Assembly (NCBI GenBank): GCA_050014195.1
Contig: JBEKDT010000017.1
Span: forward strand, 44,561 to 108,560
Direction: 5' to 3'
Length of the DNA stretch: 64,000 bases
Origin: Desulfomonilia bacterium
GTDB lineage: Bacteria > Desulfobacterota > Desulfomonilia > UBA1062
In this document: piece by piece, positions 1 to 9,188 of the stretch
How positions within the stretch are numbered: the stretch's first letter is position 1
Layout: each line of letters opens with the position of its first letter
Notes under the pieces: model-generated
Told to the model about the DNA's origin: nothing
What the model saw: the letters and a program-made list of their open reading frames with translations, nothing else
Databases searched by the model: none
Position numbers and translations under genes: made by a program

Positions 1-256
1 CAGCGATTACTCCCTGGCCAGCCAAAAGGGAAGATTAATCGCATTATTGGTATTAATCCCAGGAAAGTTATTACAATATCTTGAAATGTATTCGAGGTAA
101 TATTTGAAAAGCCTCCTGAGAAGTCCTAGAAACAATTGGTATATACATGCATCGCTAATTGCTCGACAAGGTATTCAGAGAATTCTCCCATGGTCGGGTA
201 TTTCTTGATCTCGTTGAGAAAATCTAAAATTATCTAATGAAAGGGATCATTGTGTA

Positions 257-1396
257 ATGAAGAAAGTCATGATTGTTTTTGGCACAAGACCGGAAGCAAT
301 AAAACTTTGCCCCTTGGTGATAGCTCTGAAAAGAATTAATGAGAATTTCAAAGTGATAACGTGTGTAACGGCCCAGCATAGAGAGATGCTTGACCAAGTC
401 CTTGGTCTCTTTCATATAAGCCCCGAGTTTGACCTCAACCTCATGAAGAGCAATCAGACTCTGTTCCAGATCACAGTGAGCGTTCTCACCCAACTCCATG
501 AGATTCTTAGCAGGGAGCCTATAGACATGATGATTGTGCAGGGCGACACTACGACCACGTTTGCCGCAGCGCTCTGTGCATACTACCACAAGATATCCAT
601 CGGCCATGTAGAAGCTGGCCTCCGTACATGGAATAAGTATTCCCCATACCCAGAAGAGATGAACAGAAAACTCACGACCGGGCTTGCAGATCTTCACTTT
701 GCACCAACGAAAAATAATAGTGAGAATCTTCTTGCCGAAGGGGTCCCGGAGGAAAGGATTATTGTCACCGGCAATACGGTCATTGACGCGCTTCTCTGGG
801 TTAGGGAGAAGATACGCAACGAAAGGAAGGAATTCCAGGAACTGAATGGAATTGACTTCACGAAGCGAATTGTACTTGTGACAGGCCACAGGAGAGAGAG
901 CTTCGGACAGGGTATTGTTAATATCTGCAATGCCCTTAAGGACATTGCTTTTAGAAACCAAGATATCGAAATAGTATACCCGGTTCACCTAAATCCAAAT
1001 GTATGGGAGCCAGTGAATTCCATTCTATCCGGTATTGGTAATATAAAGCTGATTGAGCCGTTGGACTATGAGCCTTTTGTTCTTCTCATGGATAAGTCAT
1101 ATCTAATCATTTCGGATTCCGGTGGCATACAGGAGGAGGCACCATCACTAGGAAAGCCAGTGTTGGTGACACGCGACAAGACTGAACGTCCAGAGGCTCT
1201 AGCTACAGGGGCTGTCAAACTTATAGGCACGTCCAGGGAAAGGATCGTTACACAGGCACAGCAGCTCCTCGACGATCCTGAGACATATAAGCGTATGTCT
1301 ATTATTCAAAATCCATATGGTGATGGCTATGCATGTGAGAGGATCATTGGAGCTATAAGCAACTATTTCTCGTTGCATAACGAATCATTATTATAG
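257..1396 (+). CDS. wecB: UDP-N-acetylglucosamine 2-epimerase (non-hydrolysing)
   Basis: N-terminal VFGTRPEAIK, QGDTTT, HVEAGLRT, TGHRRES, SDSGGIQEEAPSLGKP and NPYGDG motifs. Confidence 0.96.
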   Translation: MKKVMIVFGTRPEAIKLCPLVIALKRINENFKVITCVTAQHREMLDQVLGLFHISPEFDLNLMKSNQTLFQITVSVLTQLHEILSREPIDMMIVQGDTTTTFAAALCAYYHKISIGHVEAGLRTWNKYSPYPEEMNRKLTTGLADLHFAPTKNNSENLLAEGVPEERIIVTGNTVIDALLWVREKIRNERKEFQELNGIDFTKRIVLVTGHRRESFGQGIVNICNALKDIAFRNQDIEIVYPVHLNPNVWEPVNSILSGIGNIKLIEPLDYEPFVLLMDKSYLIISDSGGIQEEAPSLGKPVLVTRDKTERPEALATGAVKLIGTSRERIVTQAQQLLDDPETYKRMSIIQNPYGDGYACERIIGAISNYFSLHNESLL

Positions 1397-1399
1397 CAA

Positions 1400-2506
1400 A
1401 TGAATGTACTCCATATAATATCGGGAGACCTATGGGCAGGGGCTGAGGTTCAAGCAAATTCACTTGTTCTTTCATTAGCAAAGATTGAGAATTTTAACTT
1501 GCATGTTATTACCTTTAATAAGGGTATACTTGCTTTAAAACTGCATAGAGAAGGCATACCAGTTACCATTTTTGATGAGAATAAGCATTCAATGATCGCC
1601 TTGATTTTAGGATGTTTACAGGTAATGAAGACCTTTCAACCTGATATTGTACATGTTCATGGATTCAAGGAGAATCTCTTGGGAGGAATTGCTGCTAGGC
1701 TTGTTCAAGACAGGGTTATGATACGAACCCATCATGGTAAGGGTATGATCGGTTCCACGCAAAAATATAACATGATTGAGCGCTTCAATGCTAACTTTCT
1801 AACAAATAAAATTATTGCAGTTTCTCATGATCTCAAGAGGTTCCTGCAGGAGCACGGGCTTCCTGCTCCAAAGATCACGGTTATACATAATGGTATAGAA
1901 GTGCATACCTCTGTCAATGATAAGATAATTAAGAAACTATGTGTGGAGTTGGGAATACCTGATGATATGAAGATTATAGGCACTGTGGGGAGACTTGTCC
2001 CCATAAAAGATCATAAGACTTTTCTGTTTGGCGCAAAATTGATTTTGGAGAGCGAACCCAATGTAAGATTTGTGATTGTTGGTGATGGACCTCTGATGGC
2101 TGAGCTTAAAAAACAGTCCTATGAACTCGATATAGCGACACATGTATGTTTCACAGGATTCAGGGAAGATACGGATATCCTACTAAACATGTTTGATGTG
2201 TTCTGCCTTACATCAATTCATGAAGGAATTCCCATGGCTCTACTCGAGGCCATGAGCCTTGGAAAACCCATTGTGGCCACACGTGTCGGTGGAATAAGTG
2301 AAGTGATTGATGATAATGGCAGTGGATTGCTGATTGACTCTGAAAATCCCCAATCTTTCGCTGATGCATGCATCAAAGTCCTGCGAGATAAAAACCTTAG
2401 GGCATCCCTTTCCGAACGAGCCGTTTCAGTGGTGAAGGAAAAATTTACCTTGGATGTTACTGTAAGGTTAACTCAAGATCTATACCGGAGGGTTGTACAA
2501 TCATGA
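1400..2506 (+). CDS. Glycosyltransferase family 4 (GT-B)
   Basis: GRLVPIKD, VGDGP, FTGFR and EGIPMALLEAMSLGKPIVATRVGG (E-x7-E) motifs; starts 3 nt after wecB. Confidence 0.93.
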   Translation: MNVLHIISGDLWAGAEVQANSLVLSLAKIENFNLHVITFNKGILALKLHREGIPVTIFDENKHSMIALILGCLQVMKTFQPDIVHVHGFKENLLGGIAARLVQDRVMIRTHHGKGMIGSTQKYNMIERFNANFLTNKIIAVSHDLKRFLQEHGLPAPKITVIHNGIEVHTSVNDKIIKKLCVELGIPDDMKIIGTVGRLVPIKDHKTFLFGAKLILESEPNVRFVIVGDGPLMAELKKQSYELDIATHVCFTGFREDTDILLNMFDVFCLTSIHEGIPMALLEAMSLGKPIVATRVGGISEVIDDNGSGLLIDSENPQSFADACIKVLRDKNLRASLSERAVSVVKEKFTLDVTVRLTQDLYRRVVQS

Positions 2507-3699
2507 ACATCCTCTATATCTGGGATGCAGATTACCCTTGGGATGTCCGGGTGGAGAAGATCTGTTCAACCTTGGCTAGTCATGGTCATAAAGTTCATAT
2601 TGCTGCAAGGAACCTTAAAAGACTCCCGGAATATGAGATCAGTTCTGATCTGATGATCCATCGACTCAAAGCATGGCAAAATGCGAGAATGAATTATTTA
2701 CTCTCGTTCCCTGCTTTTTTTAACCCAGTCTGGAGCCATTTCCTTGACAGGATCATCGGAGACAATGGTATTGATATTATCATCGTCCGCGACCTCCCCA
2801 TGGCCATCGCAGGAATTTGGGCAGGAAAGCGCCACAACATTCCTGTTATCTTTGATATGGCAGAAGATTATGTTGCCATGGTATGGGATATCTGGAGAGC
2901 AAGGAAGTTTCAAGCGCTGAACTTTCTGGTAAGGAACCCCTATCTTGCAAAGCTCGTTGAAAATTACGTCTTCAAGAAGTCTGATCAAATTCTTGTTGTT
3001 GTAGAGGAGGCAAGAGACCTTGTCATTGCAAGAGGCGTGATGCCTGAAAAGGTGACAATAGTTGGCAACACTCCTGTCTTGGATGATTTCATTCAGGCCG
3101 ATGTTGTTTCAAATGAAATTATTGATCAGATACGAAGCAGGCACTCTGTCATTTATACCGGAGGCATCCAAATGGGCAGGGGAATACAGGTGGTCTTCGA
3201 TGCCATACCCGAGATTGTAAAGGAGATAGCCGATTTCCTTTTTGTGATTGTGGGAGATGGATATGCAACACCAATACTTAAAGAGATGATGAGGGAAAAA
3301 AAAGTTCAGGACCATGTACTTTGGGTTGGCTGGGTTGACCATAAGTTTATTTTTGATTACATCAGAGCCTGCAAGGCAGGTATAATTCCTCATTTTACAT
3401 CTGATCATGTGCACACAACAATCCCGAACAAAATATTTGACTACATGGGATTAGGTTTACCGGTGGTTTCCTCTGATGCTGTACCTATGAAGAGGATTCT
3501 GGAACAGGAGATATGCGGTGTTACTTTTAAGAGTGGTGACCCAATAGAATTAGGAAGAGCTATCGTAAGTACATATATGTCTGATGTTAACTATGGGATG
3601 AATGGAATCAGTGCAGTAAAAGAAAAATATAATTGGGCGGAAGATAAAGATAGATTACTTAAGGTTATATCAAGCATAAAAAAGAAGAAGTTCAATTGA
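2503..3699 (+). CDS. Glycosyltransferase family 4 (GT-B)
   Basis: DVRVEK N-terminus, YTGGI, VGDG, PNKIFDYMGLGLPVVSSD; ATGA overlap with the upstream GT. Confidence 0.9.
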   Translation: MNILYIWDADYPWDVRVEKICSTLASHGHKVHIAARNLKRLPEYEISSDLMIHRLKAWQNARMNYLLSFPAFFNPVWSHFLDRIIGDNGIDIIIVRDLPMAIAGIWAGKRHNIPVIFDMAEDYVAMVWDIWRARKFQALNFLVRNPYLAKLVENYVFKKSDQILVVVEEARDLVIARGVMPEKVTIVGNTPVLDDFIQADVVSNEIIDQIRSRHSVIYTGGIQMGRGIQVVFDAIPEIVKEIADFLFVIVGDGYATPILKEMMREKKVQDHVLWVGWVDHKFIFDYIRACKAGIIPHFTSDHVHTTIPNKIFDYMGLGLPVVSSDAVPMKRILEQEICGVTFKSGDPIELGRAIVSTYMSDVNYGMNGISAVKEKYNWAEDKDRLLKVISSIKKKKFN

Positions 3700-3779
3700 T
3701 AAAATCATGACATCAATAAGACGAGGTTTCTATTGTTGATATTCAAGTTACTTTATTATCATGAAACAAATGAGGATTT

Positions 3780-3796
3780 GAAACCTTTGCACAACC
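3780..3796 (+). repeat. Solo IS-type terminal inverted repeat motif (GAAACCTTTGCACAACC)
   Basis: Matches the ends of the 142-bp element at 16487-16628 and copies at 5888, 10954 and 11097. Confidence 0.5.
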
Positions 3797-3900
3797 CGGA
3801 TAATTTGAGGTTTTTAAAAAATAATGCCATAAAGACTGTCAGAGAACAGTATTCAATTGATACAACCATTAGTAAACTCATCTCACTGTATGGTGACTGA
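3787..3900 (+). pseudogene. Probable remnant of a GT4 glycosyltransferase C-terminus
   Basis: Frame reads LHNPDNLRFLKNNAIKTVREQYSIDTTISKLISLYGD*, resembling the terminal helices of GT4 enzymes; no ATG start in this frame. Confidence 0.45.
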
Positions 3901-4070
3901 ATATTGGCTTATCCAGATATACAGTATGACTATGTTGATACCATTCCGATATTATTACGCAAAGGCCTTATGTGACATTAAGCCGAATGATGGACTGGAA
4001 AGGGTCGTTAAGCGAATGAAATGATCAAGATTCAGAAATGGGAATTCGAAGTACAAAAGATTCTCGCTAA

Positions 4071-5615
4071 TTGACCGGGAAAGTCGAAGAACCAATGCGT
4101 GTTAAGAATTGGGAAATGAAAGAGCAATCAGATACCGTGGAGGTATCCGCAGATGTAGACGGCTTTCGCCTGTGGTTCCGATCACCAAAGTCCTATCCAG
4201 TTTCAAGAACAGGCGATCCCTTCCTGGCATCCGCGCTTCTTCCGGCGATGCGCCAAGGAGAGAAGCTTGAGTTTGACCCACGCCTGCCCGTTTCCCCGAA
4301 GTTACTGAGAAATGCTTTTGTGCTCCAGGAAATTTTCCATTCCTGGAATCCTGAAGAATTGAGAATGATCCCCGTCAGCGCTAAGACATCACCTGCCGAG
4401 CCGCTTAATACTGGCGCCATGTCCTTCTTCTCGGGAGGCGTGGACAGCATGTACACTTTTCTGAAGCGTAAGAATGAGCTCAGCCATGTGGTTAATATAT
4501 ATGGATTCGATTTCTTCTTCAACAGCGGGGATGCCTCGACATTCTCGGTTGCTGACCTCAAAGACTTGGCGCATTTCGCATGGAAGCTGATGTTACCGGT
4601 TGGCCCGGTGTCTGCCTACTTAAAGGGCATGCTCTCGAAAACAACGCTGCAAACTCTATCAAATTACGTAGATTCGGGCTCAGATCCAGGAGCAGTGGAA
4701 ACAAGTCTGGTAGAGGATCTTAACAAGATCATCTCCGGGCAGTTGATCTACGACAGAAAGCGCTTTGCGGGTGTCAACTTGCGGCCGCAAACAAGACATT
4801 TTATGTCGCGGGACCTGAAGGGAGAGGACCTGAGCGGCCTGAACCGGCTTCTTCTGGAGGACGCTTATCCACGTGAAATATCGGGAAAGTATAATGGAGC
4901 CTACCAGACGGCCATCGAGCGCAACACCTGCTTCGTTCAAAGCTTTGGGAAGACCCTCGTCCCTGTCGAGAATAATCATTATGCTTTTGGATATCGCTAC
5001 AATCTGAGTAGAAATTTAACACAGGGAAGTGCCTTGGCCAGTGTCGCGCTTCTCCTTGGGTTTCCTCAAGTCTATGTGCCATCTGCTTATACTTACAGGC
5101 AGCTATGTCCTTTGGGTTCGCACCCGCTGACGGATGGGCTATGGTCGAATGAATGTGTAGAAATCATACACGATGGCTGCGAGGCGGGACGGACAGATAA
5201 GCTCAAGATGATATGCGAATGCGAATCAGCTCTTACGAATTTAAGGGTCTGCTTCGATAATGTGAATATCAATTGTGGAAAGTGTGCAAAGTGTTTGCGC
5301 ACAATGATGCCCCTAAAATTGCTTCGTGCCTCTGCCGCCCCTTTCCCAACTCTTCCTTCCCTCAAAGTAATTCGGAAAAGCCGTATCTCTGATGATATCG
5401 AAACGAGCTTCTTCAAGGAGACGGTCGACCTTGCTTTGCAGACAGGAGACCAAGAAATGCGGTATGCTTTATGCGCATGTATGAAAAGGAATGAACTATT
5501 AAAGCTCCTAATAGATCTCGATAAGGTGCTCCTGGGGGGATTCATCAAGCGTGCATATCGAAGAATAGTGCCTGGTATAGGGATCCGTCGAATTGATACT
5601 ACCCCGAGAGATTGA
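4071..5615 (+). CDS. QueC-like PP-loop ATP-pyrophosphatase family protein with C-terminal Cys cluster and an approx. 120-aa inserted domain (likely start ATG 4095)
   Basis: SFFSGGVDS PP-loop; GSHP...WS...HDG; C-x7-C-x2-C-x2-C (RVCFDNVNINCGKCAKC). Confidence 0.7.
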   Translation: MTGKVEEPMRVKNWEMKEQSDTVEVSADVDGFRLWFRSPKSYPVSRTGDPFLASALLPAMRQGEKLEFDPRLPVSPKLLRNAFVLQEIFHSWNPEELRMIPVSAKTSPAEPLNTGAMSFFSGGVDSMYTFLKRKNELSHVVNIYGFDFFFNSGDASTFSVADLKDLAHFAWKLMLPVGPVSAYLKGMLSKTTLQTLSNYVDSGSDPGAVETSLVEDLNKIISGQLIYDRKRFAGVNLRPQTRHFMSRDLKGEDLSGLNRLLLEDAYPREISGKYNGAYQTAIERNTCFVQSFGKTLVPVENNHYAFGYRYNLSRNLTQGSALASVALLLGFPQVYVPSAYTYRQLCPLGSHPLTDGLWSNECVEIIHDGCEAGRTDKLKMICECESALTNLRVCFDNVNINCGKCAKCLRTMMPLKLLRASAAPFPTLPSLKVIRKSRISDDIETSFFKETVDLALQTGDQEMRYALCACMKRNELLKLLIDLDKVLLGGFIKRAYRRIVPGIGIRRIDTTPRD

Positions 5616-5648
5616 GCAGGATTTTCAGCTGGTATGTTGTTGGCTGCA

Positions 5649-5663
5649 TGGCCTCTGCTTTGC
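5649..5663 (+). promoter_or_regulatory. Possible sigma54 -24/-12 promoter
   Basis: TGGCCTCTGCTTTGC has the exact GG-N10-GC spacing; followed by a purine-rich RBS and a 29-aa GTG ORF (5696-5785). Confidence 0.3.
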
Positions 5664-5887
5664 AAAATTGCATGAATGAAGGGGGAGTCCTTCCTGTGAT
5701 CAATTTGGACTTGATCGCTATGAGCCTACCACCACTTGAGGCCCTTGAACAATTCCCATTGTGGCAAAACTTGGTTAGGAGCTGATATTCGACAATAATG
5801 GCATTTAATCCAATGATATCATTGCATTAAAATTGATATATTTTCTCTATCTTGAAATTCATGGGGAGTGCTGGAATGGGATATAAG

Positions 5888-5903
5888 GAAACTTTTGCAC
5901 AGC
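5888..5903 (+). repeat. Degenerate solo IS-type terminal inverted repeat (GAAACTTTTGCACAGC)
   Basis: Similar to the GAGACCTTTGCA motif repeated elsewhere in the island. Confidence 0.4.
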
Positions 5904-6002
5904 TCACCGGTGATTAGACGCAGATTTGGAGCTGATAATCTGTGATAACAGCAATTATCCAATTGATATTATTAATGATAACTGGTAGTCTTACTTATCA
6001 TT

Positions 6003-6098
6003 TAATCTCGTTTAGGGTTAATTCCCACGCTGCTTGCTGCGAAGGCATATTCTTTATAAAAAAATTTGAACCCTATAGCTTGCTGCAGGGTAGTTCAA
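6003..6098 (+). mobile_element. IS200/IS605-type end relic or non-autonomous palindromic element
   Basis: Two GCTTGCTGC-containing motifs; the second, GAACCCTATAGCTTGCTGCAGGGTAGTTCA, is a hairpin followed by the GTAGTTCA tail typical of IS200/IS605 right ends; no tnpA/tnpB. Confidence 0.5.
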
Positions 6099-6118
6099 AA
6101 TGAAACAATTGAGGACTT

Positions 6119-7873
6119 ATGAAAAAATTTACATTTAATCTGTTTCACGGGCAGAAGCCCTCCAATAATCAGGAATTTATAAAATGTTTCCCTACCTGGT
6201 GGTACTATACTGAAGGAATACCTGTAAAAGCAGGTGACTTAAATGGAAATGCTAAGTGGCTTCTGGCGGGTCGGCTCTTAAATGATCAGGATCCGAGTAA
6301 AATTATAGATTATTTTTATAGGCGACGTGATTACGAGTATCTATATCAAATTGATGGCCAGTTCATTTTTATTCTGTATTTTGAGAATGATGGAAGCGTT
6401 GAGATATATCGCGACCGTATTGGTACATTCCCAATTGCATATGCACAAGGTCGAAATGGTATTGCCATATCTGTAGATATTAATGACGTAAAGGATATGA
6501 CCGGTATAGTTCCTTCACCATCAACCGGTATCTTTGAACAATGGCCATTATATCGCAAAACATTTGCACCGGTTTCACCATTTTATGAAATTCATACCCT
6601 TGCCCCGGAGCATTCTTTACGTATCACAGGCTCTTCTTTTAATGAGATCAGTCACCCCATGTGTTTCCCTACTGAAGAAGAATATCCTGATATGAATATA
6701 TCGAGCCAGGTCTTAGGTGACGTACTTTCACGATCGATCCAGAAGAGAATTGAGATTTCAAAGAGAATGGGGGTCTTTCTCAGCGGGGGGAATGATTCCA
6801 GTTTGATTGTGGCAATTGTTAGAAAGTTCTATTTAAAAAAACTGAGAACACTCTTTGTCACATTTGAAGATAACCCTAGGGATTATGGTCATCATGCCCA
6901 GGAGGTAGCCGACAGGTTCGGCACCGATCATTCTTCTGTCACATTGAGCCCGAGAGACTATGTTGGAGTCTGGGCAGACACGATTAAAGTGCTGCAAACG
7001 CCTGTTCCTATGCCGTGTCATATAGGGATTCATCATGCCTTAAAAATGCTTTCAGGTGATGTTGATTTGATGATTGATGGCGATGGTGCTGATACGGTTT
7101 TTGGAAGCTCAATATGGCCAGAGATGATATTTTTATCACGTATTAATAGATTTATCCCAACATACCTGAAAGATGGTATCGGAAGATTGGCACATTCAAT
7201 GTCTTGTAATACGACCATAGTGCGAATAGCGGAGATGATTAAGACGGCCCTTAATTCTTCTCTCTATGAATACCCCCATGTAAATGCAGCAATGATTTCT
7301 GAAAGTGAATTCAATCAGATCTTTCTAAGAGGTGACTGGCAACAGGCAGTTCATTTCAGACAAGGCTTCGCAAGGGGTGATTTCTATAAAGGATTGTTTT
7401 CTTATCTTATGTTGCATGGTATACCGGAAGATCTCGCCACCACTGTCCGCTTGGGTTTGTCGCAGGGCATTTTCTTTGCGTATCCTTTCTTGGATTATGG
7501 TTTATTGCAGGCATCAATGCGATTGCCCAATAAACATCGGTATCATTACCGCATCCGTAAGGCGCCTTTGAAAAAATATTCTTTGAATTATTTCGACAAG
7601 GATTTCGTATATAAACCAAAGGAAGGTTTCGGTGTTCCTCTTGCTTCATGGTTCACGAAGAAAGAATTTGAGCCTTTCCTGATGCTGCCTCTCGAAGAGC
7701 GCAGCTTAAAACGTGGGTGGTGGAAGGAACTCGAGTTAAAGAGGATAATAGATTTGCACCGGAGGGGAGAGGGCAATGACAGTTCAGCAGAGGCTATACC
7801 ATGGATTGTAATCAATTTGGAATTATGGGCTCGTATATGTATCGATGGGGATTCTCCGAGTCAGTATAAATAA
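6119..7873 (+). CDS. Asparagine synthetase-like (AsnB) amide ligase with degenerate glutaminase domain
   Basis: DGQF..RDRIG, LSGGNDSS PP-loop, DGDGAD, YPFLD, KPKEGFGVP, NLELW; no N-terminal MCG. Confidence 0.85.
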   Translation: MKKFTFNLFHGQKPSNNQEFIKCFPTWWYYTEGIPVKAGDLNGNAKWLLAGRLLNDQDPSKIIDYFYRRRDYEYLYQIDGQFIFILYFENDGSVEIYRDRIGTFPIAYAQGRNGIAISVDINDVKDMTGIVPSPSTGIFEQWPLYRKTFAPVSPFYEIHTLAPEHSLRITGSSFNEISHPMCFPTEEEYPDMNISSQVLGDVLSRSIQKRIEISKRMGVFLSGGNDSSLIVAIVRKFYLKKLRTLFVTFEDNPRDYGHHAQEVADRFGTDHSSVTLSPRDYVGVWADTIKVLQTPVPMPCHIGIHHALKMLSGDVDLMIDGDGADTVFGSSIWPEMIFLSRINRFIPTYLKDGIGRLAHSMSCNTTIVRIAEMIKTALNSSLYEYPHVNAAMISESEFNQIFLRGDWQQAVHFRQGFARGDFYKGLFSYLMLHGIPEDLATTVRLGLSQGIFFAYPFLDYGLLQASMRLPNKHRYHYRIRKAPLKKYSLNYFDKDFVYKPKEGFGVPLASWFTKKEFEPFLMLPLEERSLKRGWWKELELKRIIDLHRRGEGNDSSAEAIPWIVINLELWARICIDGDSPSQYK

Positions 7874-7940
7874 AATATGGAAGATAATTATAAAAAATCT
7901 TAAGTAGATACAAGGACTGCTTCTAGAAAAGGTAGATAAA

Positions 7941-9077
7941 ATGAAGATTGGTATTATACGAACTTCGCATAAGGAAAATGAACGTCGTGTCCCGATATAT
8001 CCGGAACACTTACCATGGATTGACCTTGAGTTGAGGAAACATCTTGTTTTCGAGAGTAATTATGGGCAGGATTATGGCTTTTCAGATGAATATTTTATTC
8101 GACATCAATCAAGTTTGTCTGACCGCCAGGGACTATTTAAGACATGTGATATGTTAATTCTACCGAAACCTATTCTTCAAGATTATGAACAGATGAAGGA
8201 ATTTCAGACAATATGGGGATGGCATCATTGTGTCCAGGGTAGGAAAATTTCCCAGGCAGCAATTGATCGAAAATTGACTTTGATTGCCTGGGAGGCCATG
8301 CACCAATGGAGTAAAGGCGGAGAACGCCTTATGCACTCTTTTTATAAAAACAATGAAATAGCTGGTTACTCTGCTGTTCTACACGTCTTGGAGTTGCTGG
8401 GTGTTGATGGGCACTATGGACCGAGGAAAAATGTTATTATTATTGGATACGGTTCAGTCAGTCGCGGAGCAATCTATGCTCTTCAGGGAAGAGGATACAA
8501 TAATATTCATGTCTATACCCGACGCCCAGTACATTTAGTAGCAGATCAGAATCCCGATGTGTATTATCATCATCTAGAAGTTGCACCAAATGGTCAGATG
8601 TTTGGGGTCCATAATGATAGATCAAGACGTCCTTTCGTTGAAGAACTTGCTGAAGCAGATATTATCTGCAATGGTATTCTTCAGGATACAGATAATCCTC
8701 TGATATTTGTAGATGAAAAAAATATTGATCTTCTAAAACCTCGGTCTGTAATTATTGATATCAGTTGCGATGAGGGTATGGGCTTTTCTTTTGCACGTCC
8801 AACGACATTTAAAGACCCCATTTTTTCAGTAGGACAAAATATCACTTACTATTCCGTTGACCATATTCCATCTTATCTTTGGAATGCGGCCTCAAGGGAA
8901 ATTTCAAGAGTTGTGCTATCTTTTCTGCCGATTTTAGCCGGGGGAATTCAATCCTGGTGTGAATGTGAGACTGTTAAAAAAGCCATTGAGATACGTAATG
9001 GCGTTATACAAAACCCCAAAATACTGTCATTTCAGAATCGACAAGAGGAATATCCACACCTAGAAGTAATTACATAA
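7941..9077 (+). CDS. ceo: N5-(carboxyethyl)ornithine synthase family (AlaDh/PNT fold) NAD(P)H-dependent reductive condensation enzyme
   Basis: SHKENERRVPIYP, GWHHCVQ, AWEAM, FYKNNEIAGY, IIGYGSVSRGA Rossmann motif, NGILQDTDNP, IDISCDEGMGF, VDHIPS. Confidence 0.85.
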   Translation: MKIGIIRTSHKENERRVPIYPEHLPWIDLELRKHLVFESNYGQDYGFSDEYFIRHQSSLSDRQGLFKTCDMLILPKPILQDYEQMKEFQTIWGWHHCVQGRKISQAAIDRKLTLIAWEAMHQWSKGGERLMHSFYKNNEIAGYSAVLHVLELLGVDGHYGPRKNVIIIGYGSVSRGAIYALQGRGYNNIHVYTRRPVHLVADQNPDVYYHHLEVAPNGQMFGVHNDRSRRPFVEELAEADIICNGILQDTDNPLIFVDEKNIDLLKPRSVIIDISCDEGMGFSFARPTTFKDPIFSVGQNITYYSVDHIPSYLWNAASREISRVVLSFLPILAGGIQSWCECETVKKAIEIRNGVIQNPKILSFQNRQEEYPHLEVIT

Positions 9078-9188
9078 TAATGTGTTAACATCCCCAATAA
9101 TAACCATATTTGATGCTATTGGGTGTCTCGCTGAAGACCATTCTTTTGCATCATACAAAATAGGGAATTAAGCAGTAGCCAAAGATAT

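Noticed and set aside
1-84. Open frame QRLLPGQPKGKINRIIGINPRKVITIS*
   Set aside because: May be the 3' end of an upstream gene but is too short to call
230-988. 252-aa ORF on the minus strand
   Set aside because: Antisense shadow of wecB with no recognisable motifs
4530-4885. Intein explanation for the inserted domain
   Set aside because: No N-terminal Cys/Ser block, no HN-C/S/T junction and no LAGLIDADG motif
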